32,000 nucleotides of DNA from a bacterium (GTDB lineage Bacteria; Patescibacteriota; JABMPQ01; JAUVWW01), in contig JAUVWW010000004.1 of NCBI GenBank assembly GCA_030603885.1, positions 70,464 through 102,463 of the forward strand. Reading direction: 5' to 3'. Shown here in pieces: positions 22,443-30,438 of this stretch. The notes beneath the pieces were generated by a model that searched no databases, was not told the DNA's origin, and saw nothing but the letters and a program-made list of their open reading frames with translations. Numbering within the stretch: position 1 is the first letter of the stretch; each line of letters begins with the position of its first letter. The translations under genes and the position numbers were made by a program.

Positions 22443-23828
22443 ATGTTAAATTTTAAAACAAAAAGAAACAAAATTATTTTCTCTGTCATAGTAGCTGCTT
22501 TTATTCTAGCAGGACTTATTCCTGTTATTAGCTATTGGGTGCCTTTAGATACCATACTTTTTGTCTTGAAAAGTATAGCTATTATAGCTGGGGCTATTGG
22601 CCTGTTTTTGATTTATAGAAAATGGCCAGGTATAGCTTTGATTGTTATTCCAGTATCAATCATAGTTGGTACTGTTTGGATTTGGAGAATTAGAGAATTT
22701 ACTTATGAAGTCAGCCTTACGGAAATCCTTATTGTAGCTTTGGGCCTTATTTTTCTTTTTGATAAATTCTTAAAAAAAGATTTTAAGCTTAAACTATATC
22801 CAGTAGGCTTTTTCTTTTTACTTTATATTGCTCTTTGTATTGTCTCGCTTCTTTGGGTTCAAAGCATTCCCAAATATTTAATTACCACTAGAATGTTTCT
22901 TTATCATTTTGCTGTATTTTTCATAGTGATCAATGTCATAGAAAATATTAAAAATTTTAAATATGCTCTTTGGGCTATTTCCCTTACTGGATTAGCAGTC
23001 TCGGCTCAGCTCACCTGGAAAGTATATGATCTAGGAGGATTCCTTACCTATGCCGTGCCTGAGAGAACCCAAATCATTACCCAAGTTGGTTCTTGGGTAT
23101 TTATTGCTGCTATTATAATTTTATGTGTGCCCTTAACTTATACCTTGGCTTTAATAAGTAAAAGAATCTGGCAAAAAATAATTCTTTTTGGAAGTACAAT
23201 ATTTATCTCTATTGCCAGCTTATTTCCTTTGGGAAAGGGTGAAGTTTTTAGCTTGTTTTTAGGAATGACTTATTTGGGGAGCAGATTAAAACGAAAAAGA
23301 GTAGTAACTATATTTATTGCGATAGCCATTATACTTATCATTGCTGTTCCTATGGCTACTTTTTCTGGAAAATTCATAGAACGGGTGAAGAATACTTTTA
23401 GAGACCCTAATGTTCAATACCGCGTCATAGAATATAGTACAGGATCAAAGATATTTTCAGAGAATCTTCTTTTTGGTGTGGGAGCAGGAAATCTAAAAGT
23501 GATGTATAAAGAAAGACTACCCTATCGAGTGGAAACAGATTCCAATAATTTTATCTTACAAACTGCAGTAGAAACAGGGATAGTTGGACTTATAATTTTA
23601 TTCCTTATTATGCGAAGTATAATCTATTCTCTAACTGACATAAGAAAAAAGATATCTTCGAATAGTTCAAGAATGTTATTCTTTGGATTTGTTGCTACTT
23701 TAATTATTGCTTTTGTAAATGGAATGCTTGAAGCTACATTTATTGGTCTAAATTATGGCATTGTTTTTTGGTATGTCATAGGATTACTCATTGCTTGGCA
23801 GAGTCTACTCACAAAGGCCAAATCATGA
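22443..23828 (+). CDS. O-antigen ligase/polymerase-family membrane protein (Wzy_C-like)
   Basis: 461 aa with about 10-12 TM helices and a periplasmic-loop region. LLFGVGAGNLKVMY is typical of O-antigen-ligase-like proteins. Confidence 0.7.
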   Translation: MLNFKTKRNKIIFSVIVAAFILAGLIPVISYWVPLDTILFVLKSIAIIAGAIGLFLIYRKWPGIALIVIPVSIIVGTVWIWRIREFTYEVSLTEILIVALGLIFLFDKFLKKDFKLKLYPVGFFFLLYIALCIVSLLWVQSIPKYLITTRMFLYHFAVFFIVINVIENIKNFKYALWAISLTGLAVSAQLTWKVYDLGGFLTYAVPERTQIITQVGSWVFIAAIIILCVPLTYTLALISKRIWQKIILFGSTIFISIASLFPLGKGEVFSLFLGMTYLGSRLKRKRVVTIFIAIAIILIIAVPMATFSGKFIERVKNTFRDPNVQYRVIEYSTGSKIFSENLLFGVGAGNLKVMYKERLPYRVETDSNNFILQTAVETGIVGLIILFLIMRSIIYSLTDIRKKISSNSSRMLFFGFVATLIIAFVNGMLEATFIGLNYGIVFWYVIGLLIAWQSLLTKAKS

Positions 23829-24727
23829 AAGATCTATCTATCATTATCGTAACCTATAATTCTGAAAAGTATATTGAAGATTGTTTATCATCTGTTTTTA
23901 AGACTATAAAAGATTTAGATTCCGAAGTGGTTGTAGTTGATAACAATTCCCAGGACAAGACAAAAGATATTGTAAAAAAGTTCCCAAAAGTTAGCCTAAT
24001 TTTGAATTCTGAAAATTTAGGTTTTGCTAGAGCCTCAAACCAAGGAATAAAACAAAGTCAAGGTCAATATATTCTTTTACTTAATCCAGATACAAAAGTC
24101 ACTCAAGGAGCAATAAATAATTTATATTCTTTTTTAAAGAGTCAGCCAAAAGCGGGTATAGCAGGATGTCAGCTTAGATATCCAAGTGGTAAGATCCAGG
24201 CTCGGGGTCAATTTCCAAACTTAACCTCTGCCTTTTTCTATCAAACCTATCTAGGTAAGATATTCCCTTTTGGAATTTTGGTCTATCCAAATATTTTTAC
24301 AGGAGTCGGATTTAAAAGAATCCACCGAGTAGACTGGCTTCCTGGAGCCTGTTTGTTAATAAGAAGAGAAGTAATAGATAAAATAGGCGCTTTAGATCCT
24401 AAATATTTTATGTTCTGGGAAGATATGGATTTTTGCTACAGAGCTAAAAAGGCTGGCTTTTTAACTTACTATTATCCAAAATGCCATATTGTTCATTATT
24501 CTGGGGTAAGTCTTGCTATGAATCAGTCTAGAGTAATTCATGCTTCGGCTGAAAGCCTGGTTTATTTTTTTAAGAAATTTAGACCCACCGATGTAAAAAG
24601 ACTAAAAAAATTAATTATCCTAAGATGCTTTATTCAAATATTGCGATGGTTTTTAGTTTCTTTAGTTATTCCTCGAAGAAAACGATTAATTTCTGTCTAT
24701 AGAGAACTAATCTCTAGGATGAAATAA
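23825..24727 (+). CDS. Family 2 glycosyltransferase
   Basis: MKDLSIIIVTYNSEKYIEDCL...VVVDNNSQD...GFARASNQG...LLLNPD...WEDMDFCYRA. I chose the start at the ATG with ATGA overlap to the upstream stop rather than the track's 23768. Confidence 0.85.
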   Translation: MKDLSIIIVTYNSEKYIEDCLSSVFKTIKDLDSEVVVVDNNSQDKTKDIVKKFPKVSLILNSENLGFARASNQGIKQSQGQYILLLNPDTKVTQGAINNLYSFLKSQPKAGIAGCQLRYPSGKIQARGQFPNLTSAFFYQTYLGKIFPFGILVYPNIFTGVGFKRIHRVDWLPGACLLIRREVIDKIGALDPKYFMFWEDMDFCYRAKKAGFLTYYYPKCHIVHYSGVSLAMNQSRVIHASAESLVYFFKKFRPTDVKRLKKLIILRCFIQILRWFLVSLVIPRRKRLISVYRELISRMK

Positions 24728-25614
24728 TGAAGATAGAAAAAGTAAAATGTAATCTTTGTGGCCAAGATAATTTTAAAATTTTATTCAAAGACACGCCTCC
24801 CGGGAGAATCGTTCAGTGCAAGAATTGTGGCTTAGTTTATGCCAATCCAAGAAAGACTAAAGCTTTGATAGAGAAAATAGTAACTAAGAAAGAAGAACCA
24901 AGAGAAGTAGAAAAAAAATGGCTACCTGAATATATAAGAGAAAAGAAATGGATCCAAAGAAATTTTGATGTGAGATTGAAATTACTTTTAAAATTTGCAC
25001 CTAAAAGAGGAAAACTTTTAGATATTGGTTCACATTTAGGATTTTTTCTTGAGCTAGCATTGAGGCGAGGTTTTGATGTTGTTGGCCTTGAGCCTTCTGA
25101 AATGGCTGTCGAGTATGCTATCAAGAAGCTGGGCATAGAAACTAAGATTGGAACGTTAGATAGCATTAAATTCCCTCAAGATCATTTTGATGTGGTTACA
25201 CTTTTTCACACCATAGAACATTTACCTGATCCATCTAAGATAGTTTATCAAATAAATCAGATCATTAGGCCAGGTGGCATTTTAGTTATTGAAACACCTA
25301 ATATTAAAAATGTCTGGGTTAAGATATTTAGAAGGAAATGGAGACAATTTCTTCCTAATCATTTTTACTTCTTTTCCAGAGAAACTTTATCTAAGCTTTT
25401 AGAAAAGAACGGATTCAAAGTTTTAGATACTAGAACTATAGGCAAGAGCCTAAGTCTTGACCTGTTGGCAATACGCATAGAAGAGCATGTTTCAAGAACT
25501 TTGGGTTTTGTGTTGCGAAAAATTTTTAAATTTTTATTTTTAGACAAATTGGCCATTACATTAAATCTTGGGGATATAATTATAGTTCATGCCAAAAAGG
25601 TAAGAAGTATATGA
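24727..25614 (+). CDS. Class I SAM-dependent methyltransferase with N-terminal zinc ribbon
   Basis: CNLCG...CKNCGLVYANP, then the SAM motif LLDIGSHLGFFLE and DVVTLFHTIEHLPDP. Confidence 0.8.
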   Translation: MKIEKVKCNLCGQDNFKILFKDTPPGRIVQCKNCGLVYANPRKTKALIEKIVTKKEEPREVEKKWLPEYIREKKWIQRNFDVRLKLLLKFAPKRGKLLDIGSHLGFFLELALRRGFDVVGLEPSEMAVEYAIKKLGIETKIGTLDSIKFPQDHFDVVTLFHTIEHLPDPSKIVYQINQIIRPGGILVIETPNIKNVWVKIFRRKWRQFLPNHFYFFSRETLSKLLEKNGFKVLDTRTIGKSLSLDLLAIRIEEHVSRTLGFVLRKIFKFLFLDKLAITLNLGDIIIVHAKKVRSI

Positions 25615-26873
25615 AGATTTTACAAGTTAACAAATTTTTTCATACTCATGGAAAAGCTGGTGGAGCCGGTACCTATCTTTTTAGGTTAATTGAACTTCTT
25701 GAATCAAAGGGACATACAATTATTCCCTTTGCTACCAAGGAAAAGTATACTAGAGCCACACCTTATGCTAGGTATTTTGCAAGAGGCTTTGATTTAGGAC
25801 AAGTTAGATTTGGTTTGGAAGGCTTAGGGATAGCAGGTAGAATAATCTATTCCATTGAAGCAAAGAGAAAAATAAAGCAACTTATCAAAGATACCAAGCC
25901 AGATATTGCCCATCTTCACAATGTCTATCATCATATCTCACCTTCCATTTTATCTGTTTTAAAGAAATATAATATTCCCATTGTGCATACCCTCCATGAC
26001 TATAAACTTATTTGTCCTAATTATAGATTGTTTACCCAAGGTGCGGTTTGTGAAAGATGCAATACTTACCGTTTTTATCAAGCTATAATACATAAATGTT
26101 TAAATAAGTCTCTTTTTGCAAGTAGCTTGGCTTGTCTTGAAATGTATTTACATCGCGGATTTCATATTTATGAAAAAAATGTAGATGCCTTTATTGTGAC
26201 AAGCAAATTTGTTAAAGATGAGATGATAAAATTTAAAGTTAGTCCAAAAAAACTGAATCTCATTCCCTATTTTTTAAATTTAGATGAGTTTAAACCAAAT
26301 TATTCTCATGAGCCCTATTTTATCTATCTGGGCAGACTGATTGAGGAAAAAGGAGTTAAAGTATTAATTAATGCAATGCAGATTCTAAATTCAAAAAAAT
26401 TCTCTTTTGATTTTAAGCTTTATATTGTTGGTACTGGACCACAAGAGAAGGAACTTAAAAGATATGTAAAAGATAATAAGATAAATAATATTGAGTTCTT
26501 AGGTCATAAATCAGGCAATGAGTTAAAAGATATAGTTCAAAAAGCTATGTTTTGTGTTGTTCCATCTGTTTGGTATGAACCTTTTGGTCAAGTTGTCATA
26601 GAGAGCTATGCTTATGGAAAACCAGTTATAGCATCAAACTTGGGTGGTATAACAGAACTAGTTATAGATGGTCAGACTGGGCTTTTATTTAAACCAAGAG
26701 ATGTAAATGATCTGGCTAATAAAATAGGATTTCTTATAAATAATAAAGAAAGGATATTAGAGATGGGAAGACAGGGTAGAGAAATGGCAGAATCAAAGTT
26801 TGGAAAAGAAAAACATTACACTAAATTAATGGAGGTTTATCAGCGAGCTTTAAGCCAACACTTGTCCACTTGA
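25611..26873 (+). CDS. Family 4 glycosyltransferase (GT-B)
   Basis: EPFGQVVIESYAYGKPVIASNLGGITELVIDGQTGLL is the E-x7-E region of GT4. ATGA overlap with the methyltransferase gene. Confidence 0.85.
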   Translation: MKILQVNKFFHTHGKAGGAGTYLFRLIELLESKGHTIIPFATKEKYTRATPYARYFARGFDLGQVRFGLEGLGIAGRIIYSIEAKRKIKQLIKDTKPDIAHLHNVYHHISPSILSVLKKYNIPIVHTLHDYKLICPNYRLFTQGAVCERCNTYRFYQAIIHKCLNKSLFASSLACLEMYLHRGFHIYEKNVDAFIVTSKFVKDEMIKFKVSPKKLNLIPYFLNLDEFKPNYSHEPYFIYLGRLIEEKGVKVLINAMQILNSKKFSFDFKLYIVGTGPQEKELKRYVKDNKINNIEFLGHKSGNELKDIVQKAMFCVVPSVWYEPFGQVVIESYAYGKPVIASNLGGITELVIDGQTGLLFKPRDVNDLANKIGFLINNKERILEMGRQGREMAESKFGKEKHYTKLMEVYQRALSQHLST

Positions 26874-26898
26874 AAACTTAGCCTAGATATGCTACAAT
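26870..26898 (+). promoter_or_regulatory. Extended -10 sigma70-type promoter
   Basis: TTGAAA(26870-26875)-17 nt ending in atgc-TACAAT(26893-26898). Confidence 0.5.
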
Positions 26899-26941
26899 TA
26901 ATATATTGGTATACAGAAGAAGAATAAAAAAATAAACAAAA

Positions 26942-27877
26942 ATGAAAACAATTTTGATTACTGGCGGAGCTGGTTTTATTGGTTCCCATCTTTGTGATGC
27001 TCTAATTAAAGAGAATAGAGTTATTTGTGTAGACAATTTTATAACTGGCAAGAAAGAGAATTTTGCGCACCTATTAGATAAGAAAAACTTTGAGTTAGTA
27101 GTTCATAATGTGGTTCAGCCAATTGAGATAAAAGAGAAAATTGATGAGATATACCATTTAGCTTCACCAGCTTCTCCTTTAGACTACAGCCAGATTCCTA
27201 TAGAGACGCTTTTAGCTAACTCTTATGGTACTAAAAATCTTTTAGATTTAGCCAGGCAAAAGAAGGCCAGATTTCTTTTCACCTCCACTTCTGAGGTGTA
27301 TGGCGATCCTTTAGTTCACCCCCAAAAAGAAAGCTATTGGGGGAATGTAGATCCGATTGGTCCAAGATCTTGTTATGATGAGAGTAAAAGATTTGCTGAG
27401 AGTTTAATTGTCAATTACAAAGAGAAATATAATCTAAATACTAAAATAGCTCGGCTTTTTAATGTCTATGGTCCAAGAATGCGGCCTAAAGATGGTCGAG
27501 TAATTCCTAATTTTATTGGTCAGGCTTTACAAAAAAAAGATGTGACCGTTTATGGTAAAGGAACCCAAACTAGATCTTTTTGTTATATCTTAGATATGAT
27601 CCCAGCTTTAATTAAACTAATGGCAAGTCTTGAGCCTGGACCAATGAACTTGGGTGATCCAACAGAGATTACTATTTTAGAATTAGCCAGAAAGATCATT
27701 GAATTAACAAAATCAGAGTCAAAAATAATATACAAGCCTCTTCCTAAAGAAGATCCCAAAAGAAGAAAACCAGATATAACTTTAGCTAAAACAAAATTTG
27801 GCTGGCAGCCTAAAGTATACCTTGACGAGGGATTAAAGAAGACTATTGAGTATTTTAAATCAAAATATTTTGCTTAA
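26942..27877 (+). CDS. UDP-glucuronate decarboxylase (UDP-xylose synthase), SDR family
   Basis: ILITGGAGFIGSHLCD, STSEVYGDP and YDESKRFAE (YxxxK). Its length and overall pattern match UXS-type enzymes. Confidence 0.8.
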   Translation: MKTILITGGAGFIGSHLCDALIKENRVICVDNFITGKKENFAHLLDKKNFELVVHNVVQPIEIKEKIDEIYHLASPASPLDYSQIPIETLLANSYGTKNLLDLARQKKARFLFTSTSEVYGDPLVHPQKESYWGNVDPIGPRSCYDESKRFAESLIVNYKEKYNLNTKIARLFNVYGPRMRPKDGRVIPNFIGQALQKKDVTVYGKGTQTRSFCYILDMIPALIKLMASLEPGPMNLGDPTEITILELARKIIELTKSESKIIYKPLPKEDPKRRKPDITLAKTKFGWQPKVYLDEGLKKTIEYFKSKYFA

Positions 27878-27901
27878 ACAAGCCAAAAACTCTAATAAAC
27901 C

Positions 27902-27930
27902 TTGACTTTTTTTTAAAAGTATGCTAGTAT
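27902..27930 (+). promoter_or_regulatory. Extended -10 sigma70-type promoter of island 2, embedded in a 13-bp perfect inverted repeat
   Basis: TTGACT(27902-27907)-17 nt ending in atgc-TAGTAT(27925-27930). The inverted-repeat arms are aaaccttgacttt (27897-27909) and aaagtcaaggttt (27933-27945). Confidence 0.55.
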
Positions 27931-27999
27931 TTAAAGTCAAGGTTTTTGTATTTGTAAGTAAGGTTTTGAACATATAACAATTTAAATAAGGAGGGCAAG

Positions 28000-28809
28000 G
28001 TGAAAACAGGAGACAAGATTGTTTTTAGCATTCTAGCTGTTCTTGTACTTTTTATTGCAGGAATAGTCGGAAGGGGGGTCGGGAGATACGAGAGAGTAAA
28101 GGAGGTACGGAGGTTAAAATTGGGATTAGAGATAGAATTGAAAATTAAAGAAGCGGAGATTGCGGCAAAAAAAGCGGAGATTGATTCTCTAAAGAAGATA
28201 ACTAAGAAGAACACGGCTAAGAAGAACAAAACTAAGAAGGTTGGAACTACGGGGAGTGGTTCAGTCTATGCGGGTGATTTGCCTTCGGATGTACCGCCCG
28301 AATGCAGAAACATTGTTCGGTACATACCGAAACCGCCAGAAGGTTATAAGGCGGCAACTCCCTGGATCCATGCAATCTGTGAAGGAGGAGGAAACCTCAG
28401 CATTGATTGGATGAGACTATACGTACGGATTAATGGTAAAGATTCGTTAGTTCTCTGTGAAAACTACAACGGAAAGATTGCTGGAGGCCTTTTCAACAGG
28501 TTTCCAAGATGGTATCACAATGCTCAGAAATATGATCCTATTCCTGCTGAATTCACAGGGGGTTGTGCTGTTCTCCGCCTCCATAAACACCCAGATAAGA
28601 TATGGCATTTGTGGGGCTCACCAGTTGCTTCATTACCAACGGGGATTGATAAGGTATGGATGGAAGCCCGGGTCTACATTCGAGGAGGGAGGACTTTCGT
28701 GCAAGCTGGATTTGATTACTGGGATACAGCGAAGAGCAAGCATCGGGAAGGAGGAATTGGCAAATGGAAATCCGGATCGGGATGGCAGATAATCAGAGTC
28801 CCCGGATAA
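28000..28809 (+). CDS. N-terminally membrane-anchored coiled-coil protein with Cys/Trp-rich C-terminal domain, unknown function
   Basis: GTG start 6 nt after aaggagg. TM helix IVFSILAVLVLFIAGIV, coiled coil LEIELKIKEAEIAAKKAEIDSLKK and a Lys-rich linker. No motif recognised in the C-terminal 170 aa. Confidence 0.6.
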   Translation: MKTGDKIVFSILAVLVLFIAGIVGRGVGRYERVKEVRRLKLGLEIELKIKEAEIAAKKAEIDSLKKITKKNTAKKNKTKKVGTTGSGSVYAGDLPSDVPPECRNIVRYIPKPPEGYKAATPWIHAICEGGGNLSIDWMRLYVRINGKDSLVLCENYNGKIAGGLFNRFPRWYHNAQKYDPIPAEFTGGCAVLRLHKHPDKIWHLWGSPVASLPTGIDKVWMEARVYIRGGRTFVQAGFDYWDTAKSKHREGGIGKWKSGSGWQIIRVPG

Positions 28810-28825
28810 ATTGGAATGAAAAACC

Positions 28826-28859
28826 TGGCTTGCCTCGTCTTCCAAGATAAGGCAAGCCA
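28826..28859 (+). terminator. Hairpin (possible terminator)
   Basis: tggcttgcct (28826-28835) pairs with aggcaagcca (28850-28859). It has a 14-nt loop and a poor T-run. Confidence 0.35.
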
Positions 28860-28879
28860 TCCTTTGAAAGGAGGTAGCG

Positions 28880-29377
28880 ATGAAAAGATTTATTTTCTTC
28901 GCAGTTATTTTAACAGTTATTGTCTGTTTACTCGGTTGTCAACATCCGGGATTCACTCCGACTCAGCCTGGAGACGGAGATGAAAATCCGCCGGATAGCT
29001 CAGAAGTAAAAGGGGAATTCTCCTACACACTGGCCCCAGACAGTTTAGGAGTTCTGATTATCATCGAAAATAAGGAACAGAATGATATCGGATCCAAACT
29101 GGTAGAACCGGCAGACTCAGATAGTATTACTGACATAGGTTTCTGCTCGGATGTGTATGGGTGGGAACCGGATTCGAGTTCCTGTAGGACTAGCTACTCT
29201 GGTTTGCCCTGCACTTTGTATGTGCAACCCAATCTGGATAAGCTCGTGTACGGAGCACCATTCGCTGTTTTGAAAGACTCCCTCTCCTTCTCGTGGTTCA
29301 ATCTTTCTGAATGGGAAGGTGGAGTGATTCCAGCAGGTGAAGGATACATTATTTCCGTTCACGCTGATTCCCTGTAA
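28880..29377 (+). CDS. Lipoprotein, unknown function
   Basis: MKRFIFFAVILTVIVCLLGC carries a lipobox LLGC. RBS aaaggagg. 165 aa. Confidence 0.65.
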   Translation: MKRFIFFAVILTVIVCLLGCQHPGFTPTQPGDGDENPPDSSEVKGEFSYTLAPDSLGVLIIIENKEQNDIGSKLVEPADSDSITDIGFCSDVYGWEPDSSSCRTSYSGLPCTLYVQPNLDKLVYGAPFAVLKDSLSFSWFNLSEWEGGVIPAGEGYIISVHADSL

Positions 29378-29398
29378 ACCCAAATTGAAAAGTAACTG

Positions 29399-29432
29399 GG
29401 TCTCTGGTCATTTTGGTCAGAGACCTTTTTTT
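29399..29432 (+). terminator. Rho-independent terminator
   Basis: ggtctctggtc / ggtcagagacc stem (29399-29409 with 29415-29425), loop atttt, followed by ttttttt. Confidence 0.7.
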
Positions 29433-29442
29433 ATACAAAAGC

Positions 29443-29470
29443 TTGACTTTTTATTTGGTTATGCTAAGAT
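29443..29470 (+). promoter_or_regulatory. Extended -10 sigma70-type promoter
   Basis: TTGACT(29443-29448)-16 nt ending in atgc-TAAGAT(29465-29470). Confidence 0.5.
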
Positions 29471-29552
29471 AGAATGTTTCAGGATTGTATACTTTTTTGA
29501 ACAAAATTTGAGTTCAAACTTTAACCGCTCCAAGAGAGCAAAGGAGGGTAAG

Positions 29553-30263
29553 ATGAAAAGACTTTCTTTTTTCTTGGTTTTGGTGATTTGTCTTTCTGGC
29601 TGTTTGCATTCAAGGAAAGATGGGTCAGGAAATGGAACCTCTACTCCAGATATAACCAAAGTGTCAGCCCAGGATTTAGTAAAAATCTACCAGAAGGGAA
29701 AGATAAATAGAGACGGGTTTAAAAAGGAATATCTCATGCGAGTTCTTGGCCTTGGAGGCAGACCAGTTATTATAGATGATGAAAATGCCGATACTACAGA
29801 ATATGGAATTATAGTTCCCAATATTGATGTGGAGCCAATTGTGAAGATTAATAAGACAAAGAGAGTAGTCCTGTTTAACGACCTTTATTTGCCTTCCGAT
29901 GGTAATCCAAGAAATCTTCCAGGTACTTATGATGGAACCTACTTATTGGATCATAAGAATACCTGGGGAATCCATATGCAGCCAACAGCAAATGACAAGA
30001 TGACAGAATATATAGATGGGAATGGAAAAAAGTGGTGGTCATTTCCCATCAGTAATCTTAAGTTAAGGCCGGTGGTATCTGAAATGACAGCAAATAAGGG
30101 TTACGTTACGGGTCATGTTCTGACCTATGGAGGTGTTTATCTTCATAGTGGCTCATATGCAGGTCCAGAATGGGCTACAGGTTATACACCAGTTAAAGAT
30201 AATCATAAGTTGGTTATGAGTAATGGTGACGCCTGTATATTGATTACAGAAGATGAACTATAA
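29553..30263 (+). CDS. Lipoprotein, unknown function
   Basis: I chose the internal start of the 29337..30263 ORF. ATG at 29553 lies 5 nt after aaggaggg and gives MKRLSFFLVLVICLSGC with a lipobox LSGC. Confidence 0.65.
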   Translation: MKRLSFFLVLVICLSGCLHSRKDGSGNGTSTPDITKVSAQDLVKIYQKGKINRDGFKKEYLMRVLGLGGRPVIIDDENADTTEYGIIVPNIDVEPIVKINKTKRVVLFNDLYLPSDGNPRNLPGTYDGTYLLDHKNTWGIHMQPTANDKMTEYIDGNGKKWWSFPISNLKLRPVVSEMTANKGYVTGHVLTYGGVYLHSGSYAGPEWATGYTPVKDNHKLVMSNGDACILITEDEL

Positions 30264-30281
30264 TTTTAGGCATCTTTAATA

Positions 30282-30307
30282 AGCAGGCCTTCGGGTCTGC
30301 TTTTTTT
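30282..30307 (+). terminator. Rho-independent terminator
   Basis: agcaggcc-ttcg-ggtctgct followed by tttttt. Confidence 0.75.
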
Positions 30308-30438
30308 GTTGAAAAAATGCTTTATTTAAGCCGATTGAAGAAAATTACCCTTATCCGGTAATCTTTCTTCCACGCACCCCATTCTTGCAAGAGAACGGGG
30401 TGTCTTTATTTATTAAAATGTGTTAAAATATAATTGTC

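Noticed and set aside
23768-23824. Upstream start (23768) for the GT2 gene
   Set aside because: The extension (MVCHRITHCLAESTHKGQI) lies inside the O-antigen-ligase-like gene. The ATG at 23825 forms an ATGA stop/start overlap and gives the canonical MKDLSIIIVTYN N-terminus.
24837-25556. Minus-strand ORFs 24837..25166 and 25365..25556
   Set aside because: They are antisense shadows inside the methyltransferase gene.
29337-29552. Long N-terminal extension of the 29337..30263 ORF
   Set aside because: It would run through the upstream gene's end, its terminator (29399-29432) and the promoter (29443-29470). The internal ATG at 29553 has an RBS and yields a lipoprotein signal peptide.
27924-29659. 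ORFs 27924..28229 (-), 28457..28792 (+), 28633..28860 (-), 29117..29383 (-) and 29459..29659 (-)
   Set aside because: All overlap the island-2 genes. The elevated GC removes stop codons in the off-frames. None has an RBS, whereas the chosen frames have aaggagg sites and signal, anchor or lipobox N-termini.
20601-30263. Diversity-generating retroelement or other hypervariable-target system in the island proteins
   Set aside because: There is no reverse transcriptase anywhere in the window, and I could find no template/variable repeat pair by eye.
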